Source: Callorhinchus milii
Taxonomy: Eukaryota
Length of the DNA stretch: 64,000 bases
Reading direction: 5' to 3'
Assembly (NCBI RefSeq): GCF_018977255.1
Contig: NW_024704746.1
Coordinates: 16,554,001-16,618,000, forward strand
Below, in pieces: positions 29,917 to 40,821 of the stretch. Both the position numbers and the translations under genes were made by a program. Position 1 is the stretch's first letter, and every line of letters starts with the position of its first letter. The notes beneath the pieces are model-generated. The model saw only the letters and a list, made by a program, of their open reading frames with translations, was not told the DNA's origin and ran no database searches.

Positions 29917-29938
29917 TAAAAGGAAAATAGTCACTTAC

Positions 29939-30019
29939 CTTACGCTGCTTGATGGAATCCAGTTTGACCAGCCAGTACGAAGCTACTTTTGATTTGTGAT
30001 ACTTCCAGTTGTCCAATAT
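29939..30019 (-). CDS. TTLL7: TTLL7 exon 14/17 (ILDNWKYHKSKVASYWLVKLDSIKQRK)
   Basis: Near identity to TTLL7. Acceptor ctacag, donor AAG|gtaagt, 81 nt. Confidence 0.96.
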
Positions 30020-31478
30020 CTGTAGAGAGAATAAGGAAAGTTACAGGCAAGAATAATTTGCAACAAACCAAAAACTGTTAACCATTAAAATAATGATTAG
30101 GAAAAGTTGCAAAAGTGTACCAAATGCTCTTATAACTTAAAAATCAAACTTTCATCTTGTTTGTAGGGTAATCAAAACTTTATTTTCCTTTTTTTTAAAA
30201 AAGTCAGCATTGAGGATAGCCTTGGGCATTTATTTGCACATGTTTTTATCACCATGATCACTATAAAAATCTCCCAGAGTACAGTCAAGCTGTTCTGACT
30301 AGCCATAAAATACACCGCAAAAGTGCTCCTGCTAAAATAAAGTACCACTCGATTAAATCAATGTCCGAGGAATAATGTACAGGCTCTAATCTCCCAGCCA
30401 CCTAATTATTGTGTGTGCACAGCAGTCAAATTTGAGGTGGTAAAGTCAATGTTTAATTCCAACCGCTTCCTCCCTGCACATCCACACTCTCGTCCTTCAC
30501 TGACCCTCTGAGGAGACATGATTGAGCTGGAACCCCTCTGATTAGAATCTCCACACACAACCAGACAATTCAGCCGAGAGAAGAAGCCTGAGGATAATTT
30601 TAAATGGCCGTTCTATTCTTATTTAAAAGGTAATTTAAGAATTGATAGTTTAAGAGTGCAGAGAGGAATTTGCAACAGAGTCCTCCTAATAAATTTCAAT
30701 TTGCTACGCAACCTGCCTTTTACTGCAGCGCAATGCAAAACAAATCAAATGGCACATTTCGCTGAACAGCAGGGGTTATTTAGCCATCAGGTGTATTTCT
30801 CCTACACATATACAATTTGCAAACATTGCCATTGCCTGCCTGCTTGCCTGCCTGCAAGTGTGTTATTAAGAAACATTACCACAAGGTGGTGTTATTTCAG
30901 GGATAATGGACACAGAATTACAGACCATTAACAAAATGGTGTTCACATAAATAACTATGTTTGGAGATTTTATTTACTATGTCATTAGTAAGGTGATTAT
31001 TTTATTTTTTCCCCTTCTTTGTTTCCGCTCAGTCAAGCAGTATCCTTTGCTAAGAGATGGGCAACCGCCTATTCCCAGGGCTCTGAAAATAATTCAATTC
31101 TCCAGATAACTGTACGGTGGAGACGTTCTGCCAATTTTCTTTCCCTCACTGACTACTGAGAGTGGGATCACACTGTGTTCAGAAGCCGGGAGTATAAATC
31201 CACATGTTACCACTTAATATATGGTGGTTCGCTGCAGCATGCTGCTCTGTTATATGCACTTTGAGTTACCCATATACCAAAGTTCGGTTGGCAAAAGCAT
31301 TGGAATTAATGCAAAGTTAACCCAGCTCGATTGTTCTTTTGCTAAACTATAAATCACACTGTTCGAAGTCTGACATTATCAAGCAAGTAAACATTCCAGA
31401 CCAGTAAAGAATGCTTTTCCTTCTTAATGAAACCCAGAACAAAGACCACAGATACATTACTTGAGCTGAAGGGCAAAG

Positions 31479-31793
31479 TGGAGTCCTGTAGCTCAGTGGT
31501 TAGAGCACTCGCCTTGTAAGCAAGACACCTGGGTTCAATTCCAGGTAGGGCGAAACCTTGGGCAAGTTTCCTTACTCCACACGCCTAATAATAATCCCTC
31601 CAAAAACAAAATAATAATAAATTGGTCATTTTCAATCCACGACTGTTTGTAGAACATTGCTGTGCGCAATAGGCTGCCGCATTTCGCCCACAAATACACA
31701 GTCAATTCACTTTACAGTATATTCTGTGAAGCGCTTTGAGACATCTAGAAGACGTGAAAAGCGCTATATCAAATGCAAGGATTATTATTATTA
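31479..31793 (+). mobile_element. Full-length young tRNA-derived SINE (A/B boxes, Deu-type 3' region, L2-like tail, (ATT)n)
   Basis: TAGCTCAGTGG A box, GGTTCAATTCC B box, tail GCGCTATATCAAATGCAAGGATTATTATT. Highly similar to copies at 53174 and 23915. Confidence 0.92.
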
Positions 31794-32101
31794 AATGCTT
31801 AATAGGACAGTTAACAAAAAAATTTTGTCCATTCAATCACTTTACATTTAAAACACTCCAATATACCGGCAGTTTGAAAAGTGAGTTGATGTGAAGTATA
31901 ACTAGCAGGAGTGAGCTTTTTAAATGTTATTGTTTAAGATTAGTATCAGGCAGTCCTGCTGAATCAGCCTTTCAGCAGCATTTTTAAAAATTCACAGGAC
32001 AAGCTTAATGTCCTCAACAACAGAAAACACACTCTCGTACATTCCTTGGAAGAGACATTGAGCAGTACACTACAGAACTGCAGAAGCTGGAAGATCGTGT
32101 A

Positions 32102-32745
32102 ACAGCAACGACAATAAATTACATTTATATAGCGCCTTTCACATCAGGCGGACGTCCCAAGGCGCTGGACAGTAAAGGGTTTGCACCTGAGCTAGGGGTT
32201 GGAATCAAGAAGGGTGAAGGACAAAGGTGGTGGGGATGGGAAGATGACTAAAGGCATGGTCGAACAGGAAGGTCTTGAGACAGGCCTTGAAGGAGGCAAG
32301 GGAGGGAGCGACATGGAAGGGTTCTGGGAAGGAGTTCCAGAAAGTGCGGGGCAGGAAGCAAAGGGCTGAATGCTGATGGTGGAGCGGGCAGGGCAGGATA
32401 CGTGGAGCAGGCAAGTGCCTGCTGAGCAGAGGGAGCGGAGAGGTTGATAAAGGTATGGAGAAGACCATGGAGGCTTTTAAAATTGAGGTCAAGGATTTTG
32501 AACTTGATCCTCTGGGGGATGGGGAGCCAGTGAAGCCAGGCGAGGGTGATTGTTTAGTGCAGAAGAGGGCATGAGCTGCAGAGTTCTGAATAATCTGCAG
32601 CTTGTGGAGGGAAGTGTTGGGAAGTCTGGCGAGCAGGGAGTTAGCATAGTCAAGTGTGGAAGTAATAAAGGCATGGACGAGAGTCTCAGCAGCCTGAAGG
32701 GAGAGATAGCGGAGTGATCATGTAGAATTGCAAGGATTTTGTAAA
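32102..32745 (-). mobile_element. L2-clade LINE 3' fragment
   Basis: Minus-strand peptides LDYANSLL, LHKLQIIQNSAA, LHWLPI..RIKFKIL, WNSFP and SFKACLKTFLF, followed by tail GGCGCTATATAAATGTAATTTATTGT. Confidence 0.85.
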
Positions 32746-33499
32746 GCAAGATGTTTCCCAAACTGAAAGCTTTTTTTCTAAAGGAGGAACATACCAGCTG
32801 TAGTGTTGATTCCTTGAAGAAAATGCTGTCCCTTCAACCTTTTCACTAACAGTGTTTCAAACATACCCCTGAAAATAGTAGGTATTCTGTCCAAGAGTCA
32901 ATCGGGTGACGAAAAGATTGAACATATTCATAAGTGCATTAAAAAACCTACTTGTCCTTATACTATGCTACTTTAAGAATTACAGGAAGAAAGACAGAAA
33001 ATAATTGAATGGTGTTTTAAGACATAAGCCCTTTGATATCAATGCTTTGATCTTGCCAATCCTTTTGAGTTCATCCGAATAGAATTGTTATGTGAAAAAT
33101 TCTTCACTCTTCTTTGTTTCTTCAGAGGAAGGTATGATAAAAGGTTTAATTTCAAAGCGCTTGGCCTTTACATCAAATTGGAATTTTCCACAATGTTTTA
33201 CTCATCATTACTGCTAATTAAAGTGGTTGTCTCTCAGATAGTTGCATTCAGTTCAAAAAGCTACAAAAGGACTGAATTAAAATCAGATACATTGAAGGAC
33301 AGGACCCTCTACAAAGAAAGTCCAACAATATTCCGAAGGTTCATTATCTGCACAGGCGGACATTTAAAAGTGCAATTATGTTATATATCTCAACACTGAC
33401 ATAAACAAGGAGGCAACGACATCTAATATGATTGCCTTTTTTTTCTTTCCCCCTCCTCTCCTGAAGCACTGATTCATACTTGGGCATAATTCCATAGTT

Positions 33500-33812
33500 G
33501 ATAATAACCCTCTGGTACCTCACCCAATTGGCCATTCTTTACCTTTGAGAGTATTTAGTGAATGCCTGCAGGCTGCTCAGCAGTGGGAGCATCATATCTC
33601 AGCCCTATTGTGTTTCTCTCACACACACACACCAGCAAAAGTTACTGTCTAGTGATCATAATTAAATCCTCAGCTGATTTATCCTTTCTAGCCCAGAGAT
33701 ACTAGTATTTCCTGCAGTGACCGTAACACTCTCAACTGAGATCAGCTAATTCAGCACAGACTTGGTATCATATCAAATGGTGCCTTTACTCACCCAGCCA
33801 TCAGGAGCCCCA
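33500..33812 (-). mobile_element. Ancient tRNA-derived SINE of a second family (related pieces at ~9140-9440 +, 15260-15382 -, 40838-40922 -, 55050-55200 +)
   Basis: Recurrent motifs GTCTGTGCTGAATTAGCTGATCTCAG and AGAATGGCCA.TTGGG..AGGTACC are shared among these loci. Confidence 0.6.
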
Positions 33813-34104
33813 GGTATTTATTTTTAAACAAGCATAAAATGTCTCTAAATGGGCACACTCTTCCCATTCATCCTGATTAAAGGAACATTTGTTTTTTAAC
33901 ATTTTTAATGTGATGCCGAACTATTCTTTTGAACGAAGACAAGTTTTGGTGGAATAGTTTCCTTGATGTGTTTGCTATCAGGCAAGCTGCCTTTGGAATG
34001 AAAGAATGAATGAATGATGGATTTGAATAGTGCTCCCAGCACTTTGCTTCCCCAGAGTTAGGACAGTGAGACTCAACCTGAATCAACATGCATTGAACAC
34101 TAAC

Positions 34105-34239
34105 ATCATCCAGCAGCAGTTCAGACTCTTCGACTGTTTTTCCAGGGAACCTGATTGTCAGCTCGTTGAGGGAAATCAGACTCTGTTTTGTCAGCTCTTC
34201 TTCCTGCTCATTTGTTCTGAAATTCAAAAAGGAAACTCC
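34105..34239 (-). CDS. TTLL7: TTLL7 exon 13/17 (GVSFLNFRTNEQEEELTKQSLISLNELTIRFPGKTVEESELLLDD)
   Basis: EQE..LT.Q.L and IRFPGK match TTLL7. Acceptor ctttag, donor GAT|gttagt, 135 nt. Confidence 0.94.
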
Positions 34240-35766
34240 CTAAAGGAAAAATATGGAAGAATAAAAATACATTAATTTGAGTTTATGGATCATAACCTAA
34301 ACAGCCAACAAAAACATTCAGATCAGAGACATGCTGAGCACTGGTGATTGGGGATTTCATGATATTTAACTTTTAAAAACTTTAAGAACATTAATAAGTG
34401 TTTTATGAGGTGTGAATGACAAACATTTTCCAGCCCTATTAATAAAGCCCTTTTTAGTCGCAGCAGCGCATGGCCAGAGCTGAGTGAATAAACTGTGTGT
34501 TATTTTGTACAATACAAATACTATTGTATTCCATTGAAAACGTGTTCTATGGACTTCAGTCTCCGTAGTTATTTAAAACTAGTTTGAGTGGTTTAACTGC
34601 ATTTGCCCACCACAACTCACAATTAGAAGGAAAGCAAATTTAGACGAGTCCACAATGGCGCTATTGTTTATATTTATACTTATATTTATGAACAACTTTT
34701 AAAAACAAGATAAGAATGGATCCAGTCAGCATTCTTCCTCAGGAGGAGGATCAGGCTGGGTACGAACGCTTAGAAATTTATCCAAATGAACAATTAAAAG
34801 GTACACATTCAGGGGTGTAACTAGATATCTGGTCAATGGTAAAGGACTACATGTAGAATCTAGTCTCGTATATTAGTAATTTTCAAAGAACAGCCACATA
34901 CAATTTAACCGTATTGTGACCCAATATGCTCATTCCTGAACTATAGGAAAATACAGGTGTTGAGGTTAAAGTGGAATATACTTTGCTGATATGCGTACAG
35001 AGTTTATGTAAAGAAAAAGCACCATGTTATTTCTTTATATAAGATGTAATAAAGGTGAGAACATGCCATTAGCTTTTTGTTGACTGGTACAGTATCACAT
35101 ACAGATTAGTCAATGAGTAGTAGTGGCTTTCGTGATGTGCCTATTTGTGAGAGGAAATCAATATCTGAAGACGGGGATGCATTTAGTAACTTTAGTTAAA
35201 TTCATTTCAAGGTCTTTGAATTAGGATACTAAGTCAGCTTTTACGAGCATGCTTATTCAAGCATACATAATTTACAGATTGCCAAGAGCAAAGAAGAAAA
35301 TGTTTGGTAGATTTAGCAAACAGGAAATGTATAATCCCTTGCATTTGATATTGCACTTTACCACATTGTCAAAATGTCTCAAAGCACTTCAAAGATTTAC
35401 TGTAGTGTTCTGTCGATTTAGTCTAGCGACTACATATCTTGCAGGCAATTTTTCACACAGCAATGTCTCACAAATAGACCCCTTTTCTTTGTAGGGGGGA
35501 TAATTCCAACATGTAAAATTTTAGAAAGCAAAACACTCGTTCTGCAACATATCAGCCTTGAAACAATGAGTAGGTTTTTGCTCATGTTTTACACATTCTA
35601 AAATGGTACACATACAAGCTGTATCAACCACTTGTTTCTTTTATTAAAAAAACTGTACTGAGATAGACAAGAGACATCTAAATTAAGCACATGACAGGAC
35701 ATAGTCTTTGATTCTAGTTAGCTGTATTCATGGGCTATTTAGCATTTTACGAAGGCTACTACTTAC

Positions 35767-36044
35767 CGCTACAGAATGGACAGTGCCCAGGCTGCTACTC
35801 TGAAGCACTCGCTGTGCGGTTGTGTTACGATTGAGAGACTGAGACCTCACGCCGGAAGGGGTTCTGGACGTGAGGGCTGTGAATTTGGCAGAAAATGCCC
35901 GAGGCTCTGGTAAGGCGGATTGTCCTCCCAAGGTAGCGAATGAACGAGGGCAGGAGATGGAGCGTCTGATAGGCATAGTTGCAGATGGTGATACTGTAGG
36001 GAGTGTTTTGGGGATCCTTGGTGGAGGTTTCCACTGCATCCTGC
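35767..36044 (-). CDS. TTLL7: TTLL7 exon 12/17 (RMQWKPPPRIPK...IRRSISCPRS...VRSQSLNR...HSVA)
   Basis: RRS.SCPRS and RS.SLNR motifs of the TTLL7 linker. Acceptor ttttcag, donor GCG|gtaagt, 278 nt. Confidence 0.92.
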
Positions 36045-38559
36045 CTGAAAATAAAAATCGGAAAAAATATCATTTGGAAAATAGGAAACATTTGAATTTT
36101 TTCTTAATTTGTATTTTTTTTGTGTATTATCTTTACTCTATTTCTTATTAGTAAAAAATTTCCTATAGGCGAGAGATTAGACATAGGAAATCATAGACTT
36201 TTCCCAACATCCTTTATCACTCTGCAAATCATAGAAATTAATTTCAGCATTTGAAAACGAAGAGTTGCAGTTGTCATGAGATGTCTTCAAAAGCATTCAT
36301 AAAAGTCATGCCACTTTGACTTGGCCACTTTAAGGTTTGTGCTCTGAATGCTTAAGTCCTTCAAACGTAATGTTTTGTGGAATAGTCAATAGGCTCCAAC
36401 TCATGGGCCAGAGATGGCCTGTTTCTGTGCTACAATTCCATGACTCACTTCTGACCCAATCTGTCAACTGGTAACACTGAGTAAAATTATCACAGTACAT
36501 CAAACCAGCCTTCTTTTTACCCTCACGGTGCCTTTTCTCCTGATTTTTCTCCAATTCATGGTCTCCTCAAGCCATGTATTTCCAAGAGAGCAAGATCTTC
36601 TGGGATAGGACCACACTCTCTGATAATTGACCATCAGAAGATCAGTTGGGGACTTCCAAGTCCAATTTCCCTCCAGCACAGGAGGGTACATGGTCTCTGC
36701 TAAGGGTGTCTCATGGCAGCATGTCCGAGATAGAGTTTTCAATAGAGCAGGACCCTTTATTCCTCGAGTCAATGGTTTTACTGTTGGTGCTTCAATAGAC
36801 ACCAGCAAACCACAACCATAGCAATGTTCATGTTACAAGGAGACATTTCAAAGTGAGTGACAATGCTGAGCTCTCGAAATATACACAAGCTGTCTTACTT
36901 CAGCCTTAAATCAGGGGAAAGCGGGTAGTTTTGCACGCTAGTCCAATTGTTCTCTCAATGCAGCATCACAGGCAGCACAGAGGCTAGTAATGGAAGCATC
37001 TCACTGAGGGCCTCCAGTGTAAATGGGCTGAAACCACCTAACTAACATATGTGGAAAGAATCATCATAAGGCAACGGTCACACAGGAGTCCAGACATAGC
37101 ACAACAAGGAGATCAAATGCACTTGGTTAAGGTTAATATAGGAATTGTTGGAAGTTAGTCATTCTTAAACATTATAAATGGATAACCATGTGCTCCCAAA
37201 AATTGAATGAAACGTTAAGTGAAGAGTTGTTAAAACTGCTTGTTAAATCAAGAAACTGGGACTTCACATGAGCTGGTCAACAAAGGAAATACCATCTGCT
37301 TGATTCAGAATAGTGATTTAACAGCTAACATTATCACAGTGGCCAGGACTTAAACAGGGTGCACCAATGTAACAAAAGAAGACATATACACACAGGCACA
37401 CAAAGAGCATTACAAATACATTGCCATCCTTTGCTACATTCTGTGCATTGCCATAGAATAGCACAGTCCAACTTTGTGCAAAAATCAATGTACCTTTTTG
37501 CATTCGAAAAGAGCTTTAATCTATCAACGTGCAAACAATTTCTGACAGTTATTGAAACATTTTACATGTAAATACACAGTATTTAAAAATATGTCACAAT
37601 GAATTCACTTCAAAGGCCTCTGGGGCGGAACATTTATTTACTAGAGAAAATGTGTTGGATGGATGGGCGGTCGGTGGGTGGCTCGGAGGTCCTGGCATTT
37701 TCTTTAAGTCCACGGTTACTGATGCCGTTAAAAAAACATTCCATACAGATCAGCGACTCATTGCAATGCTGCTCATGCCTCAACCATGTCATGGTGGAGA
37801 ACCCCCTCCAAATATTAAAAGGATAGGTCTGTCTATCTAGTAAAGTATGCTACAATAATCTTATCTTGTTACATTCTGCACAGTGTAGTTGAGGGGAGAT
37901 GCATGCAGTTGGAGGAGCATGCTAACTTCCAAACCAGCTAGGTTGTAGTTGGTGAGATGAGAAGCATGCAGAAGACTGACACCAGCAGAACCTCCCACAA
38001 GGAGAACAAGGCGTATTTCTTTTCCAATTTGATGTCGATTGCCCTGCAAAGGGGAGGTGCGGGAGGGAAACAGGGAAGAAAAAAATATTATTCATAAAAT
38101 TTGACTGCCTATTTTCCTCCAATTCTTTCACACTATTGAAATGAATTAATATCATGCTTTAATTTTAAAACATTTAAAAAACACATGAATAGCAGTAGAG
38201 TGCAAATGAATGAAATATTTTATTTCTTGAAATCAGAAGCAAAAGTTGTGAATGTATTCTTTGCTGTACTTATGTGCCCTTTTACCTCTGGCAGTGCCAC
38301 TGCTTATTCTCAAGTATGTGGATGTATTGGTGACATTATCAGCAATGGAGATACTAACCTACTGGGGAGTTACTTTACATGCTGACCTGGTCCTTAAGAG
38401 TTAATGTAAGATAATCTCTGCTGACTCATAAAATTTTAAAACATTTTATAGATTTAGAGGATAAAACTAGGTGGAACGTCAGGTTTTAGATGCAGATGTG
38501 CACAGCCCAGGTAAACCTGAGAGCTGGCATGTTCGATCATGTAGCTGGAATTGCAACTT

Positions 38560-38895
38560 CAACAACAACAACAAATTACATTTGTATAGCGCCTCTCACG
38601 TCGGGAGAACATACCAAGCCGCTGGACAGTCGGGATTTGGATGCAAGCAGGGGGTTGGGATCAGGGTGTGTGGAAGGCAGGGAGGGTAGGGATAGGAGGG
38701 TGGGTTGAAGGCACGGTTGAAGAGGAGGGTTTTGAGATGTGCCTTGAAGAAGGCAAGCGTGGGAGCAAGGCGAAGAGACTGTGGGATGGAGTTCCAAAGA
38801 ATGGCGACAGAGAAGCTGAAGGCCCGACTGTTGATAGTGGGGTAGGCCGGGTGGGAGACTTGGAGCAGGCCGGAGCATTACAATGATAAGCCCAT
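38560..38895 (-). mobile_element. L2-clade LINE 3' fragment
   Basis: LASFKAHLKTLLFNRAF-type end plus (TTG)n tail, similar to the 32102 copy. Confidence 0.8.
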
Positions 38896-40704
38896 GGATT
38901 GAATGGTGGGTATTGTTTGACCATTTCTCAGCTTGTTGTACAGTTAATTCTAATACTGCTTCCATCCTTGGTCAACGCACCAGTAACTTAGTTAGTGCAC
39001 TCCTGCACTGTAGCTTTATTTCTCTGTAAAGGGGAATGGATGTCCCTAGCTTGTGGCCAATGGCACCCTGATCCATCATTCTACTTCTGAACGGAGGTCT
39101 GATGAGCTGCTTAGCCTAAAAAGGCCATCCATAATGACCTAATTTGCATGGCCCTCGGACCAGCCTGGTATCATGAAATCTTAAGACAAGATGTAATGTC
39201 CTCTTCCATCTCTCCCTCATCATTCTCCACTGCTTCTTTATCACTCTGTGGTCCATCATTTGCTTTTCCCATCCTCACAGCTACCCACAGTGCTTGTATC
39301 TGTGCTGAAACATAATACTGCTTATTGTGACACTGGTTGTAGAGGTGCCTGGAACTGCCTCTCTGGTGTCTTTCCCTGCACTGTGACTCCCCCTGTGGCT
39401 CCAGGCCAGGCTCTGCTGCTTCTGCTAATGAAACACATAAATCTTTCATATAGCTCCTGACGTTTTGCAATGTTGTGTGTCGGTCATTGCTGACAGTGCA
39501 CGAGTTAACAATCCTGCACTATATTTGGCATATGATTGCTCCACTGCACTCTCATTGGCAATTTAATATGTAAACGTATCCTTACTTACCCCTGGCTCCA
39601 ATACTGTGAGGAACACAGCCACTGAGGCCCATTACAGACTATAAATGTTTGGATCATCCATTTTTCACGTGGTGCCAAAATCTTTTACGGAGGAAATTCC
39701 ATTGCCCATTCTCTTCTCTTGTACATTATTGTATTTTAGCTTTTCCCTGTAAGTTCCAAAATAGAATAGCTTAAAAATCACAAGTATTCTAACAATTAAA
39801 AAAAATGCCTTGCAAATGCATGGAAAGATTCTCAATTTCAGCATAATATTAGGTGTATCTACAGACACCTGGAACATTATTCAGCAGAATAAATGCAAAG
39901 CGTACATTAACTTACCCCTGCACTTTTCCTCAGGTCACGTCATTTCTTGCAGACTTTCCAGGTCCACTTTGTTATCTCCGATATATTTTCTCAAACCTTC
40001 ACCTCTTGGTAGGCTGGAAGTACAGTTGGCATTCCTCTTACACAAACAGATGGTTTCTGCATCTCAGGATCCCTTCCAGTGAGACTGCAGGGGCTGTTTC
40101 TCTCAACTTACACTCGCCACAGTTACCATTAAAGACCAATTTACGATACTGCTTCACATCATGATTTAATATATTCTTTCATTGCTCCATGGCTTTCTTT
40201 AAAGGTTACGCATACATTATCCTTTAGTCACTCAAAGCTGTTTCACAGGTTACTGGGTATGTTCCCTCCATGAGTCGTTGCTTTCCATTTCAGATGTAAC
40301 TGTGCCTGTTAAAGCTTTGCAGCTCCTGGACATGGTCTATCAATATGCAACACACCAACACCCTTGTCAGTCTCAGACCAAGATTCCTCATCTGCCTCGT
40401 CTCTTATTTCCACCTATTGAAGTAATTTTGTCCTCTGTACAAGGGGGTTGACTCCCTTTTTTCCTTCTATAGGGAAATGGTTGCAAGATCCATTGCAAGA
40501 GCCATTATTCATGTTTCGACAATGAGTGTCAGCAGGTTACCAGATCACAGGAGGAGAGGCAAGCTCAATCCCGTTCTTATTCATCATACACACACGTGTT
40601 TCAATCAGAACCTTGATCCTTGGTTGATATTCTGCTCCCTAACCCAGGCCACTTGTAGTGCGCCAACCAGCCCGCACAGAGATTACGATAATAATATATA
40701 ATAG

Positions 40705-40821
40705 AATAATAATAATAATTCTTGCATTTGATATAAGCGTTTTTTCACGTCTTCTAGACGTCTCAAAGCGCTTCACAGAATATGCTGTAAAGTGAATTGA
40801 CTGTATATTTGTGGGCGAAAC
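40705..40821 (-). mobile_element. SINE 3' fragment
   Basis: Tail and body identity to the young family. Confidence 0.85.

Noticed and set aside
31479-31556. tRNA gene-like sequence (also 3618 and 53410-53489)
   Set aside because: SINE heads: they run directly into SINE body and tail and lack a proper acceptor stem and terminator.
35870-36151. Plus-strand ORF overlapping TTLL7 exon 12
   Set aside because: Antisense shadow of a coding exon with no independent support.
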